IMG/VR virus record: IMGVR_UViG_3300034022_000267
Coordinates: 1-64,000 of that record
Direction: 5' to 3' (one strand)
DNA from: a virus
Taxonomy: Duplodnaviria > Heunggongvirae > Uroviricota > Caudoviricetes
Length of the DNA: 64,000 nucleotides
A program made the position numbers and the translations under genes. Positions 56,518 to 64,000 of this stretch are shown in pieces. The notes beneath the pieces are model-generated. The model did no database searches, was not told the DNA's origin, and saw only the letters and a list, made by a program, of their open reading frames with translations. Position 1 is the stretch's first letter, and each line of letters begins with the position of its first letter.

Positions 56518-57196
56518 TGTTTTAACTCTTACATATAAAAGACCTCATCTATTAGAAGAGGCAATTCAATCATTTCTTGTACAAGAAAACTCACCAGAAT
56601 GTGAAATGGTTATTATAAATGACAATGCTGAGGTAGATTATATATATGATCATCCAAAGATAAGAATCATTAATCACAAAGAGAGATTTTCTTCTATAGC
56701 TGCTAAGCTTGAATGGGGATTCAAACAATGTAAATATGATTATATCTATAGATTAGATGATGATGATTTACTAGCCCCTTGGGCTTTAGAGAATACAAAG
56801 ATTGATATAGATGCAAATCCTGGATTTGAAATCTATAGAAGTAAAGGAATGCATTTCTTTTTAAATAATATCTATGAAAGAGAAGGTGGTAGTGTAAACA
56901 ATGGTAATGTATATACAAAAGCTTATATAGATAGAATTGTATTTCCAGATAGTAGTTGTGATGAAGATTCACAAATAACGTTTGGTAACAATTCTAAAAT
57001 ATATACATCAAAGTTAGGACACACAATGATTTATAGATGGGGCATGGGAACATTACATGTATCAGGAATGGGTAAACAGTCTAATGAAACTATATTAGCT
57101 CAAGCAGATAAAGTGTTAGATGATACAAAAGGAGAAATAATTCTCAATCCACATTTTGATAATGATTATTATACACAAATAAAAAGCCTCAATTAA
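56501..57196 (+). CDS. Family 2-like glycosyltransferase
   Basis: 231 aa. The N-terminus ISVLTLTYKRPHLLEEAIQS resembles GT2 openings. The acidic DxD-like cluster is LDDDDLL. Confidence 0.4.
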   Translation: MEIMISVLTLTYKRPHLLEEAIQSFLVQENSPECEMVIINDNAEVDYIYDHPKIRIINHKERFSSIAAKLEWGFKQCKYDYIYRLDDDDLLAPWALENTKIDIDANPGFEIYRSKGMHFFLNNIYEREGGSVNNGNVYTKAYIDRIVFPDSSCDEDSQITFGNNSKIYTSKLGHTMIYRWGMGTLHVSGMGKQSNETILAQADKVLDDTKGEIILNPHFDNDYYTQIKSLN

Positions 57197-57209
57197 GAGG
57201 CTTTTTTTA
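57185..57209. terminator. Bidirectional rho-independent terminator between convergent gene blocks
   Basis: agcctc-aattaa-gaggct, flanked by AAAAA on one side and TTTTTTT on the other. Confidence 0.7.
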
Positions 57210-57386
57210 TTTTGATAATGATTTTTTCTTCATTGGTTGTTGAGCTGAGGTTCTTCTCACTTTATCATCCATAGCTTTGTTCTGAGAGAAGGGTTTGTCC
57301 TTTTTAGGTATAGGCACTTTAGGAGCCATTCTTGGTGCTCCACTCTTCTTAGCTTTCCCAAATGTTGTTTTTTTACTTGCAGCCAT
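57208..57386 (-). CDS. Small lysine-rich basic protein
   Basis: 59 aa (MAASKKTTFGKAKKSGAPRMAPKVPIPKKDKPF...), not in the ORF track. Last member of the basic-protein run. Confidence 0.3.
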
Positions 57387-57651
57387 ACTTACACTTAGCT
57401 ATTTTAGCACCTTTCTTAGCTATAACACCACGTCCTTTAAGGATGTCTGCTTTAGTTACCTTTCCATCTTTATTAAGATCAGGGAATGATTTACCATTTT
57501 TAGCAGTTCCCATTGTAGGTTTAACTCTTCCTGTTTTAGGACCAGTTGGTCTACCAATTTCGCCACCTAGATTTTTAAATCTATCTTTTTTAAGCATAGG
57601 TTTAATGACTGTACTTTCTGCTTTCTTTGCAGGTTTTTTAGGTTGTAACAT
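57373..57651 (-). CDS. Lysine-rich basic protein
   Basis: 92 aa, pI clearly >10 (K/R/G-rich). Confidence 0.45.
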   Translation of the reverse strand: MLQPKKPAKKAESTVIKPMLKKDRFKNLGGEIGRPTGPKTGRVKPTMGTAKNGKSFPDLNKDGKVTKADILKGRGVIAKKGAKIAKCKYGCK

Positions 57652-57671
57652 AATATATTATTGTTTAGTTG

Positions 57672-57944
57672 TTAACAATTCCATTTCTTCAAAGCAAGAG
57701 CTTTTCTTGTAGGCTTACCACTTGGTTTCTTCATAGGTCCTTTTACACCACCCATTCTAGCACAAAATGATTTTCTTCTATTAGCTGATTTACTTCCAGG
57801 TTTTAACTTAGAAGGTTTAGTAGTTACAGCCATTTTTAATTTACTACCAGGATTAGCTTTTCTATAAGAAGCAACACCTTTTCTATTGAGGCCTCCTTTG
57901 GGATCTTTCCCTTCAGATCTAGTCCATGCAGGAGTTTTTGCCAT
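57672..57944 (-). CDS. Lysine-rich basic protein
   Basis: 90 aa, K/R/P/G-rich. Confidence 0.45.
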   Translation of the reverse strand: MAKTPAWTRSEGKDPKGGLNRKGVASYRKANPGSKLKMAVTTKPSKLKPGSKSANRRKSFCARMGGVKGPMKKPSGKPTRKALALKKWNC

Positions 57945-58537
57945 TATTTCTTAGTTTTAGCTTTTATTTTCTTCTCTTGTACCAACATTTGCTTTGTAGG
58001 CTTCTTTCCAGATCCTTTATTAGCTCTTATGTTATCCCATAATCCTCTCTTAGACATAGATCCATCAGCACGTTTAATGAGACCACCATTCTTTTTCTTT
58101 TTGAAATCAGATTTAGATTGTTTAGCAGCAGCTTTACTTATACCACATTTTGTAGAACTAAAATTAGGATCATTTAAATCACAAGAAGTAGCATCAGGTT
58201 TCTTTTTATCAGCTACTTGTTGCTTTTTTACTTGCTCTCTTGTCATTCCTTTAGCAGAAGCATTTCTATTAAGGATAGAATCTCTCACTCTAATGTTCTT
58301 TTGCTTTACAATTTCTTGTGCTGCACGTTTTTCAGCATAAGTCATAGGTTTTTTAACAGTTAATGTGTCACCATTCTGTGCTTTCTTGATTGTACCACCA
58401 GATTTCAATGTGCTTCCTTTAAATGGGCCTTTCTTCTTAATAAGAGGACCATCTGGAACTTTTGTTATCTTACCACCTTTACGTAATACACCAGGGCCTA
58501 CATAAGCTGTAGCGTTCTGAGGATTTAACTTAGACAT
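57944..58537 (-). CDS. Lysine-rich basic protein (KKAQNG motif)
   Basis: 197 aa, ...GGTIKKAQNGDT... Confidence 0.45.
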   Translation of the reverse strand: MSKLNPQNATAYVGPGVLRKGGKITKVPDGPLIKKKGPFKGSTLKSGGTIKKAQNGDTLTVKKPMTYAEKRAAQEIVKQKNIRVRDSILNRNASAKGMTREQVKKQQVADKKKPDATSCDLNDPNFSSTKCGISKAAAKQSKSDFKKKKNGGLIKRADGSMSKRGLWDNIRANKGSGKKPTKQMLVQEKKIKAKTKK

Positions 58538-58538
58538 A

Positions 58539-58679
58539 ATTATTTCTTTTTAGCTATTTTACGTAATGTTTGAGCAAGTGCTTTACGTTTGGGAGTACAA
58601 GTTTTTTTAGTTTGCGGAGTACAAAATCCCTTATGTTTAGGGTTTATTGCTTTCTGTATCCACTTTTTATCAGTGGACA
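58539..58679 (-). CDS. Small lysine-rich basic protein
   Basis: 46 aa (MSTDKKWIQKAINPKHKGFCTPQTKKTCTPKRKALAQTLRKIAKKK), not in the ORF track. Tightly packed between neighbours. Confidence 0.3.
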
Positions 58680-59066
58680 TTATTTCTTGGACATTTTGGT
58701 AGCACCAAGTTGTTTATCTTTGGTAAGAGAAGCTTTTCCTTTAGCACCAGCTAATGTTTTCTTTTGCACCTTTGTGAATGCTCCTTTAGGATCTACAGGT
58801 CCAACTCTTTTGTTTGATGCTTTAAGTCCAGTTAGACTTCCACCATTTTTCATTTTCATTTTACCTGCTGCTTTTGGTGCACCTTTTAAAAATCCTTTTA
58901 ATGTTCTTCTTTGAACAGCACTAGTTGGTGCAGAAGTATCACTACCACCTTTAAATTTCATTTTATAGTTTCCATCTTCAGAAACATATTTATTTTCTCC
59001 AACTTTACGAGCATCTTTACCCATAGGTTGAAAAGTACCATTTTGTGCTTTTTTAATTTTTGCCAT
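58680..59066 (-). CDS. Lysine-rich basic protein (KKAQNG motif)
   Basis: 128 aa, MAKIKKAQNGTFQPMGKD... Confidence 0.45.
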   Translation of the reverse strand: MAKIKKAQNGTFQPMGKDARKVGENKYVSEDGNYKMKFKGGSDTSAPTSAVQRRTLKGFLKGAPKAAGKMKMKNGGSLTGLKASNKRVGPVDPKGAFTKVQKKTLAGAKGKASLTKDKQLGATKMSKK

Positions 59067-59256
59067 TGCGTTTAAATGTTATATTGGGTTTAACAATAAG
59101 ATCACGATGGGTATATTGCCAAAGTTCTCCAGTTTGATTAATTATTATTGTATAGATAGTATCAGTTTCATAACCATAATCGGTAATAAACATGATTGAG
59201 CCATCTCCCTTTGGCGTTATAACATCTATTCTATTCTTTGGTTCGTATATTCTCAT
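59053..59256 (-). CDS. Hypothetical protein
   Basis: 67 aa. Confidence 0.3.
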   Translation of the reverse strand: MRIYEPKNRIDVITPKGDGSIMFITDYGYETDTIYTIIINQTGELWQYTHRDLIVKPNITFKRNGKN

Positions 59257-59311
59257 AGAGAAGAGCTTTTGTTTGAAAAGAGCTGTTATTCGTCTCCCAA
59301 CAGCTACGTTA

Positions 59312-59542
59312 TTATTCTGCTATAGCATCAACAGCTTCTATCACTGTTCCAGCTTCTACAGCTTTAGCCATTGCTGCTTCAATTGCTGCATTAGCTTGTT
59401 GTGCTAATAAGATTTTAGCTGCTTCCTCTGTATTAAGAATAGCTCTTAATGTGTTTAGGATTAATCCAAAATCACGTCCTGATAATTCAAATGTGTCTTC
59501 AGGTCCCCATGTATATCTTTTTGAAGGATCATACTGTGTCAT
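59312..59542 (-). CDS. Hypothetical protein (Ala-rich helical)
   Basis: 76 aa. Confidence 0.35.
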   Translation of the reverse strand: MTQYDPSKRYTWGPEDTFELSGRDFGLILNTLRAILNTEEAAKILLAQQANAAIEAAMAKAVEAGTVIEAVDAIAE

Positions 59543-59604
59543 AATATGTTTGGTTTTTAAAAATTAACAGTAAAAGTAAATAATGTTTTTTATATATACA
59601 AGTA

Positions 59605-60600
59605 TTAATATATTTTTGTTAGTGTAAAGTTTCTAGATAATATTGAATTACCTGCGTTAGTTGTATTCCATTGAACAGTGACTACAAGTGTATTATTAAT
59701 AGTTGTATCAAATGTTGTATTATTTACTGCACTTAAAACATATCCTTCAAACTGTGTACCACCATTTCTTATATAAGAAAACAATCCTCCTGATGAAATA
59801 GATGCAACACCTGGTGCTCCTAATGTTCTAATTGTAAAATATAAACTTAATATCCAAGACTTGTTAGTAGCTGCTGCTAAGTCAATTATTCCTGTATCAG
59901 CAAGTAATGCACCACTTAATGTTTTAATTCTAACTTGTATTTCTCCTGAGCTTATACAAGATATTATACCATCTAATGCACAAGTGAAACTATCTCCTAT
60001 TTGAAATCCATTAGCAGGAACTGTTAATGTTCCAACACCTGGTCCTATTATTGTTGTTTCTACTATTGTACCAGTTACAGGTCCTCCATCTGCAGTTTGA
60101 GCAAATAAACCTGTAAGTCCTGCAGGACCCTGTGGACCTTGTTCCCCTTGTATTCCTTGTGGGCCAGTAGGTCCTTGATCTCCTTGAGGTCCTTTTATAT
60201 CTCCTGCATCAAACCATACTGCACCATTCCACGTCATTAAAGATCCATCTGATAAAAGAATCCATGAATCTCCAACATTAGCTCCAGGACTTCCACCTGC
60301 ACCAGCTAAGAAAGCTGCATAATCTGCATATGAACCAAGAATAGTTACAGAGTTACCAGCAGTTCCTTGAGGACCTTGATCTCCAGTCATACCTTGTTCT
60401 CCCTGAATTCCCTGGATTCCTTGATCACCTTCAATTCCTTGTTCTCCTTGCACCCCTTGAGGGCCTTCAGGACCTTGAGGACCAGGAACTCCTGGACCAG
60501 CTATACTTTCTATCAATTGATCTAAATTAAGCCATCCTTTATATCCAATACAAGGTTTACATAATTTTTGCCAGAATCCAGCTTTTATCCAAGTTGCCAT
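59605..60600 (-). CDS. Collagen-like tail fiber protein
   Basis: 331 aa with two G-X-Y repeat tracts (GPGVPGPQGPEGPQGVQGEQGIEGDQGIQG...; GPQGDQGPTGPQGIQGEQGPQGPAG). Its N-terminus shares an IKAG[FL]W motif with the adjacent fiber. Confidence 0.6.
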   Translation of the reverse strand: MATWIKAGFWQKLCKPCIGYKGWLNLDQLIESIAGPGVPGPQGPEGPQGVQGEQGIEGDQGIQGIQGEQGMTGDQGPQGTAGNSVTILGSYADYAAFLAGAGGSPGANVGDSWILLSDGSLMTWNGAVWFDAGDIKGPQGDQGPTGPQGIQGEQGPQGPAGLTGLFAQTADGGPVTGTIVETTIIGPGVGTLTVPANGFQIGDSFTCALDGIISCISSGEIQVRIKTLSGALLADTGIIDLAAATNKSWILSLYFTIRTLGAPGVASISSGGLFSYIRNGGTQFEGYVLSAVNNTTFDTTINNTLVVTVQWNTTNAGNSILSRNFTLTKIY

Positions 60601-60614
60601 AATATTTTATTTAT

Positions 60615-61925
60615 TTATAATTTTACTATTGTTAATATTCTGTTAGCAAGAATTACTTTTCCGATGTCAGTTCTCCATCTCACAGATATTGATTCAGTCC
60701 CATTAACTGTTACAATTGAACTTAATGCAACATCTTCAACATAAGTGTTGTAATATCTGTAACGTTCTGTAAACGGTATCAGCGTGTTACCCTTGTACAA
60801 TGAAAAAACATTCGTATCACCAAATGGTTGTGTAACATCAAATGAAACACCGTTAAATACGCTACCTACAAATATAACTACCGTAGCACTTCCTGTCCCT
60901 AGATTTCCTGTAATTACTGCTAATGCTGTATTTTGAATACCTCCTCCATTTGTAAAACCTAAAAAACTTTCTAAAATTCCTATGGGGATAAGACTCACAT
61001 CAATTGGCTTACTTATTGTTCCAGCTCCAAATGCAATTGATCCAGCAGTTGATAATAGTCTACCATTAAATGTAGCGTCTGCACCTAATGCAGCTGCCGC
61101 ACCAACCGCAATGAAATTACCATTTAGAACATTATTAGCCCCTAAACCTAAAGCACCATTTGCTAAGAAAAATACATTAGCAGATTTCACTCCCCCTGTT
61201 AATTGAACTGTCGTAAATGATGCTGTGTTTATCGCACCAGCAGAACGAAACACAAATATATCATTTGCTCCACCACTTAATGTTAAGACACCAGCAATTG
61301 ACATTGCCCCAGCAACATCATATACACCAGCTGTTAATGTTTCTCCACTTCCAAATGACAATCCATGAGTGCCTGTTGCTGTAAGGTTGTTAATATATAA
61401 CTTTAGCACTTGCAGATCTAATGTAGCAATTGCAACAACATTACCAGGGATTGAAAGATAATGCCCGTTAAAATCTACCTTATACGTTCCTGCAGGTGGT
61501 GTAACTGTCAATCCTGTGGCTACAACATCAATGTTAGATGTTGTTTCAATTTGTGTTGATTCAGTTATAGATTGATGAAATTTATCAAACAAACTACCAT
61601 CTCCTTGTACTAATTGAGAAGATGTACCATTTACATAAGATATAACACCTGCTGTTGATTTTACAATTCCTGTACCTGATAAAGTATTTAGTTTGTTATT
61701 AAAAGTGTTCCAATCATCAGCAGTTAAATATCCAGGAACTAAAGATGATGCAGCTGGAATAGCGATTACAGGAGCTGTACCACCACTAGATGTTACAGGT
61801 GATGTAGCAGTAACACTTGTTACACCACTACCACCATTTTGTTGAATATAGTGTGTTAAATTAAATTCACCTTTATTTCCAAATCTTTTTTCAACCCAAA
61901 GTCCTGCTTTTATAAATATTGACAT
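60615..61925 (-). CDS. Tail fiber / receptor-binding protein
   Basis: 436 aa, Gly/Thr/Ala/Ser-rich, beta-rich composition. N-terminal MSIFIKAGLW parallels MATWIKAGFW of the collagen-like fiber. Confidence 0.5.
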   Translation of the reverse strand: MSIFIKAGLWVEKRFGNKGEFNLTHYIQQNGGSGVTSVTATSPVTSSGGTAPVIAIPAASSLVPGYLTADDWNTFNNKLNTLSGTGIVKSTAGVISYVNGTSSQLVQGDGSLFDKFHQSITESTQIETTSNIDVVATGLTVTPPAGTYKVDFNGHYLSIPGNVVAIATLDLQVLKLYINNLTATGTHGLSFGSGETLTAGVYDVAGAMSIAGVLTLSGGANDIFVFRSAGAINTASFTTVQLTGGVKSANVFFLANGALGLGANNVLNGNFIAVGAAAALGADATFNGRLLSTAGSIAFGAGTISKPIDVSLIPIGILESFLGFTNGGGIQNTALAVITGNLGTGSATVVIFVGSVFNGVSFDVTQPFGDTNVFSLYKGNTLIPFTERYRYYNTYVEDVALSSIVTVNGTESISVRWRTDIGKVILANRILTIVKL

Positions 61926-61929
61926 AATG

Positions 61930-62217
61930 TTATTCGTTTAATGTTATTTCAAATGTAATCACTGAACTTGTTTTAATACTCTTGCTCATGTCAATTCTAA
62001 TTTGAAACATGTTACAGAATTTTAATATTTCTTCTATAAGCATATTGTTGTACATTGGATGACTAGCTGCTATTCTGAATCTATAGTTATCAGCGTTCTT
62101 TGTTATTTCAAGACTACATAGTTCATCAATAGAAGAGACAACACCTTCTAAATGTGCTAAGAAGATTTCATCATTATCTTGCATCACTTTAGGAAAATGT
62201 TTTCTATTAATTTCCAT
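61930..62217 (-). CDS. Hypothetical protein
   Basis: 95 aa. Confidence 0.35.
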   Translation of the reverse strand: MEINRKHFPKVMQDNDEIFLAHLEGVVSSIDELCSLEITKNADNYRFRIAASHPMYNNMLIEEILKFCNMFQIRIDMSKSIKTSSVITFEITLNE

Positions 62218-62633
62218 TATGACAATGTTAGTAGATATTTTGTCTTAGCTGCTTCTCCAGATAAGCTATCTGCTAGATTACATACATCATGAAAAGAATT
62301 CTTTTCACCATATACTTTTAATTGAGAAGCAAATGACATAAGATCAGAAACAACAGATGTAGCATTTGCTCCACCAAGAGGTTCTATTTTATAAGCTCCA
62401 GGTCTTTTTCCTGTATATCCCATAATCTTTTCTACCAATCCATCTTTGAAATCATGTACATAATCATATAAGCCACCTAGGGCTTGATGTTCTGCGTAAG
62501 AGGTTGTCTGCCAGTGCAACAAATGTAGTTGCTCATGAAAGTAAGTAAGCTTAGCAGCAATGCTCTCTAATGAGAGCTCGCTACTAGGTCCTTTACTCAT
62601 CATATCTTCTGGGAATAATGATTTTAGTGACAT
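62217..62633 (-). CDS. Hypothetical protein (possible ferritin/Dps-like four-helix bundle)
   Basis: 138 aa. EQLHLLHWQTTSYAEHQALG weakly resembles Dps/ferritin helix motifs. Confidence 0.3.
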   Translation of the reverse strand: MSLKSLFPEDMMSKGPSSELSLESIAAKLTYFHEQLHLLHWQTTSYAEHQALGGLYDYVHDFKDGLVEKIMGYTGKRPGAYKIEPLGGANATSVVSDLMSFASQLKVYGEKNSFHDVCNLADSLSGEAAKTKYLLTLS

Positions 62634-62643
62634 GGTTTAAATA

Positions 62644-62850
62644 TTAAACTGGTGCAGTGGTTGTTGTGGTGGTAGTAGGTGCTACAGTGGTGGTAGTAGT
62701 CGTCGTGGTAGGATTACAGCACTCATATGCTGTTATTTCTTGCCATTTACCCACTTTAGGTTTGTTTCTTCTTAGGATTAAACTTCCTGCTACAACTCTG
62801 CCAGATCCATCGAATCTTACATAGGCCTTAAGGTCTCTCTTGTTACTCAT
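62644..62850 (-). CDS. Small protein with poly-Thr tail
   Basis: 68 aa, ...CCNPTTTTTTTTVAPTTTTTTTAPV. Confidence 0.35.
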   Translation of the reverse strand: MSNKRDLKAYVRFDGSGRVVAGSLILRRNKPKVGKWQEITAYECCNPTTTTTTTTVAPTTTTTTTAPV

Positions 62851-62861
62851 GATAATTGTAT

Positions 62862-63875
62862 TTAATAGTTAATGTTATATTTTATTGATAATTGTTTTAA
62901 TTTGTTTGCGTAATACCATGTACAATACTTTTGTGATTGTTCATTGTTAAGAATAGCATCTAAGCTAGCATCTTTTGTTGGATCAGATCCCATATGATAT
63001 TTTCCTTTATAGAAACATGGGTAACCATTCATTTCTGTTCCTGTTATTCCTGCATTGTGAAGAATAGGATAGGTGTCTATTTTTATAATTGGATCTGTGG
63101 CCCATGCAAATTCTAATTCTTTAGCCACCCTACTTTCTTTTTTAAAGAACCAAAGATTAAATTGTACAGCCCAAAGATCTGCACACCATGATTGAATTCC
63201 ACTATTCTCATCTTTAAAGAATTCTCTATTCATTTGTTGAAGATACATTCTTATTTTAAGAACATCTGTTTCTACTTTTTGCCAAAAAGCTGAATCAATA
63301 TCTTTTAATATATATTGTACTCCTCCTGTATTAGAATTGTTATCTATTACAACTTGTTTGTCTATTCCTATTATATCACACACTCCTTTTAAGAAATCTA
63401 TGGATCTTGCTTCTTCTAATTTTTCTGGAAGCACATCTTTATATTTACTTTCAAAATATGTATGATTCAAATAAGAATTAGCATCACTTACATAGTTTAC
63501 ATCATCATCTAATAAATGATTTATGTTTAATGATTTCAACCAAAGAATGTCACAATCTGTATATATGATTGTTCTATCTTGTAATTCTGGAAAAGCTTCA
63601 AAATGTTGTTTAAGAATATGTGGTCTTAATATAGGAATGTATGTTCCTAAATATTGTTGAATCCCTTTATCTTGATATACAAATATATTTAGTTTTGGAT
63701 AGTATTCTTTTAATTTATCCCAATTAGCATTATCAGGTCTCCCTATAGGATTGTATAAAAGAATATGTATTTGTTCTTCTTCAAATCCTTGCTCTAAACA
63801 AGATTCTATAAACATTTGATTTTGCCATACAAAATATGTATCAGTTGGCTGACATGTAATTAAAATTGGTTTCAT
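62862..63875 (-). CDS. Hypothetical protein (possible DxD nucleotide-sugar transferase)
   Basis: 337 aa, IIYTDCDILW DxD-like segment. Weak call. Confidence 0.35.
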   Translation of the reverse strand: MKPILITCQPTDTYFVWQNQMFIESCLEQGFEEEQIHILLYNPIGRPDNANWDKLKEYYPKLNIFVYQDKGIQQYLGTYIPILRPHILKQHFEAFPELQDRTIIYTDCDILWLKSLNINHLLDDDVNYVSDANSYLNHTYFESKYKDVLPEKLEEARSIDFLKGVCDIIGIDKQVVIDNNSNTGGVQYILKDIDSAFWQKVETDVLKIRMYLQQMNREFFKDENSGIQSWCADLWAVQFNLWFFKKESRVAKELEFAWATDPIIKIDTYPILHNAGITGTEMNGYPCFYKGKYHMGSDPTKDASLDAILNNEQSQKYCTWYYANKLKQLSIKYNINY

Positions 63876-64000
63876 AATGTAGTTTGGTTTTAATTTTTAT
63901 TTTATTTTATAAACAAATACCTATATCTTCTATGGAATATTGTTCAGAAGGAACAACAGAAAAAGCACATAAATTATAAGTTTCTCCTATAATACTTTCT

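Noticed and set aside
57295-58914. Plus-strand ORFs 57295..57489, 57362..57712, 58029..58340 and 58570..58914
   Set aside because: Antisense to the lysine-rich gene array. The Leu/Phe-rich translations are mirror images of Lys/Gly codons.
59605-60600. CRISPR-like or tandem DNA repeats in the collagen-like gene
   Set aside because: The periodicity is the 9-nt G-X-Y codon repeat inside a long ORF, not a spacer-repeat array.
62644-62700. Short GGTGGTAGT-type DNA repeats
   Set aside because: These are the reverse complement of the poly-Thr codons of the 68-aa protein, not an independent repeat element.
1-64000. CRISPR arrays, tRNA genes, integrase/attachment sites, reverse transcriptase (DGR or retron), toxin-antitoxin pairs
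   Set aside because: Scanned for direct-repeat arrays, GTTCGAATC-type T-loops and RT (YxDD) motifs. Only the tmRNA T-arm was found, and no integrase-like ORF.

Overview
This window looks like a dense segment of a large virulent, AT-rich double-stranded DNA phage. Lipobox signal peptides and the shape of the tmRNA suggest, weakly, a Bacteroidetes-type host. The layout is three blocks.

Left block, 1..9524, minus strand: head morphogenesis genes (large terminase, a portal with a glutamine-rich C-terminal barrel, an acidic scaffold, and the start of a probable capsid gene running off the left edge), plus small zinc-finger and helix-turn-helix proteins and an HNH homing endonuclease.

Middle block, 9822..57196, plus strand: many small early genes, then replication and nucleotide-metabolism genes. 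These include a family-B DNA polymerase, a DnaG-like primase, two helicases, a RecA/UvsX-like recombinase, dNMP kinase, a HAD phosphatase, MazG, PhoH, a family-1 uracil-DNA glycosylase-like protein whose catalytic Asp is replaced by Cys, and a ParB-like DGQHR protein. It ends with a SAM methyltransferase and two glycosyltransferases.

Right block, 57208..63875, minus strand: five to six consecutive lysine-rich basic proteins, two tail fibers (one collagen-like), and other late genes.

The most notable content:
- A MoxR-like AAA+ ATPase and its von Willebrand factor A (vWA) partner each appear to be split by a ~0.96 kb group I intron carrying its own homing endonuclease (GIY-YIG and LAGLIDADG). 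Splicing the first restores a perfect Walker A motif.
- A complete phage-borne tmRNA (ssrA-like) gene with a strong terminator, preceded by ~420 nt of unassigned, ORF-free sequence that looks structured.
- An Hsp90/HtpG-family ATPase next to a DnaJ-type zinc-finger protein, plus a GroES-like co-chaperonin elsewhere.
- Two recurring upstream sequence motifs, likely phage promoters or leaders.

No CRISPR array, integrase or tRNA was seen. All calls rest on motif recognition by eye; no database search was possible.
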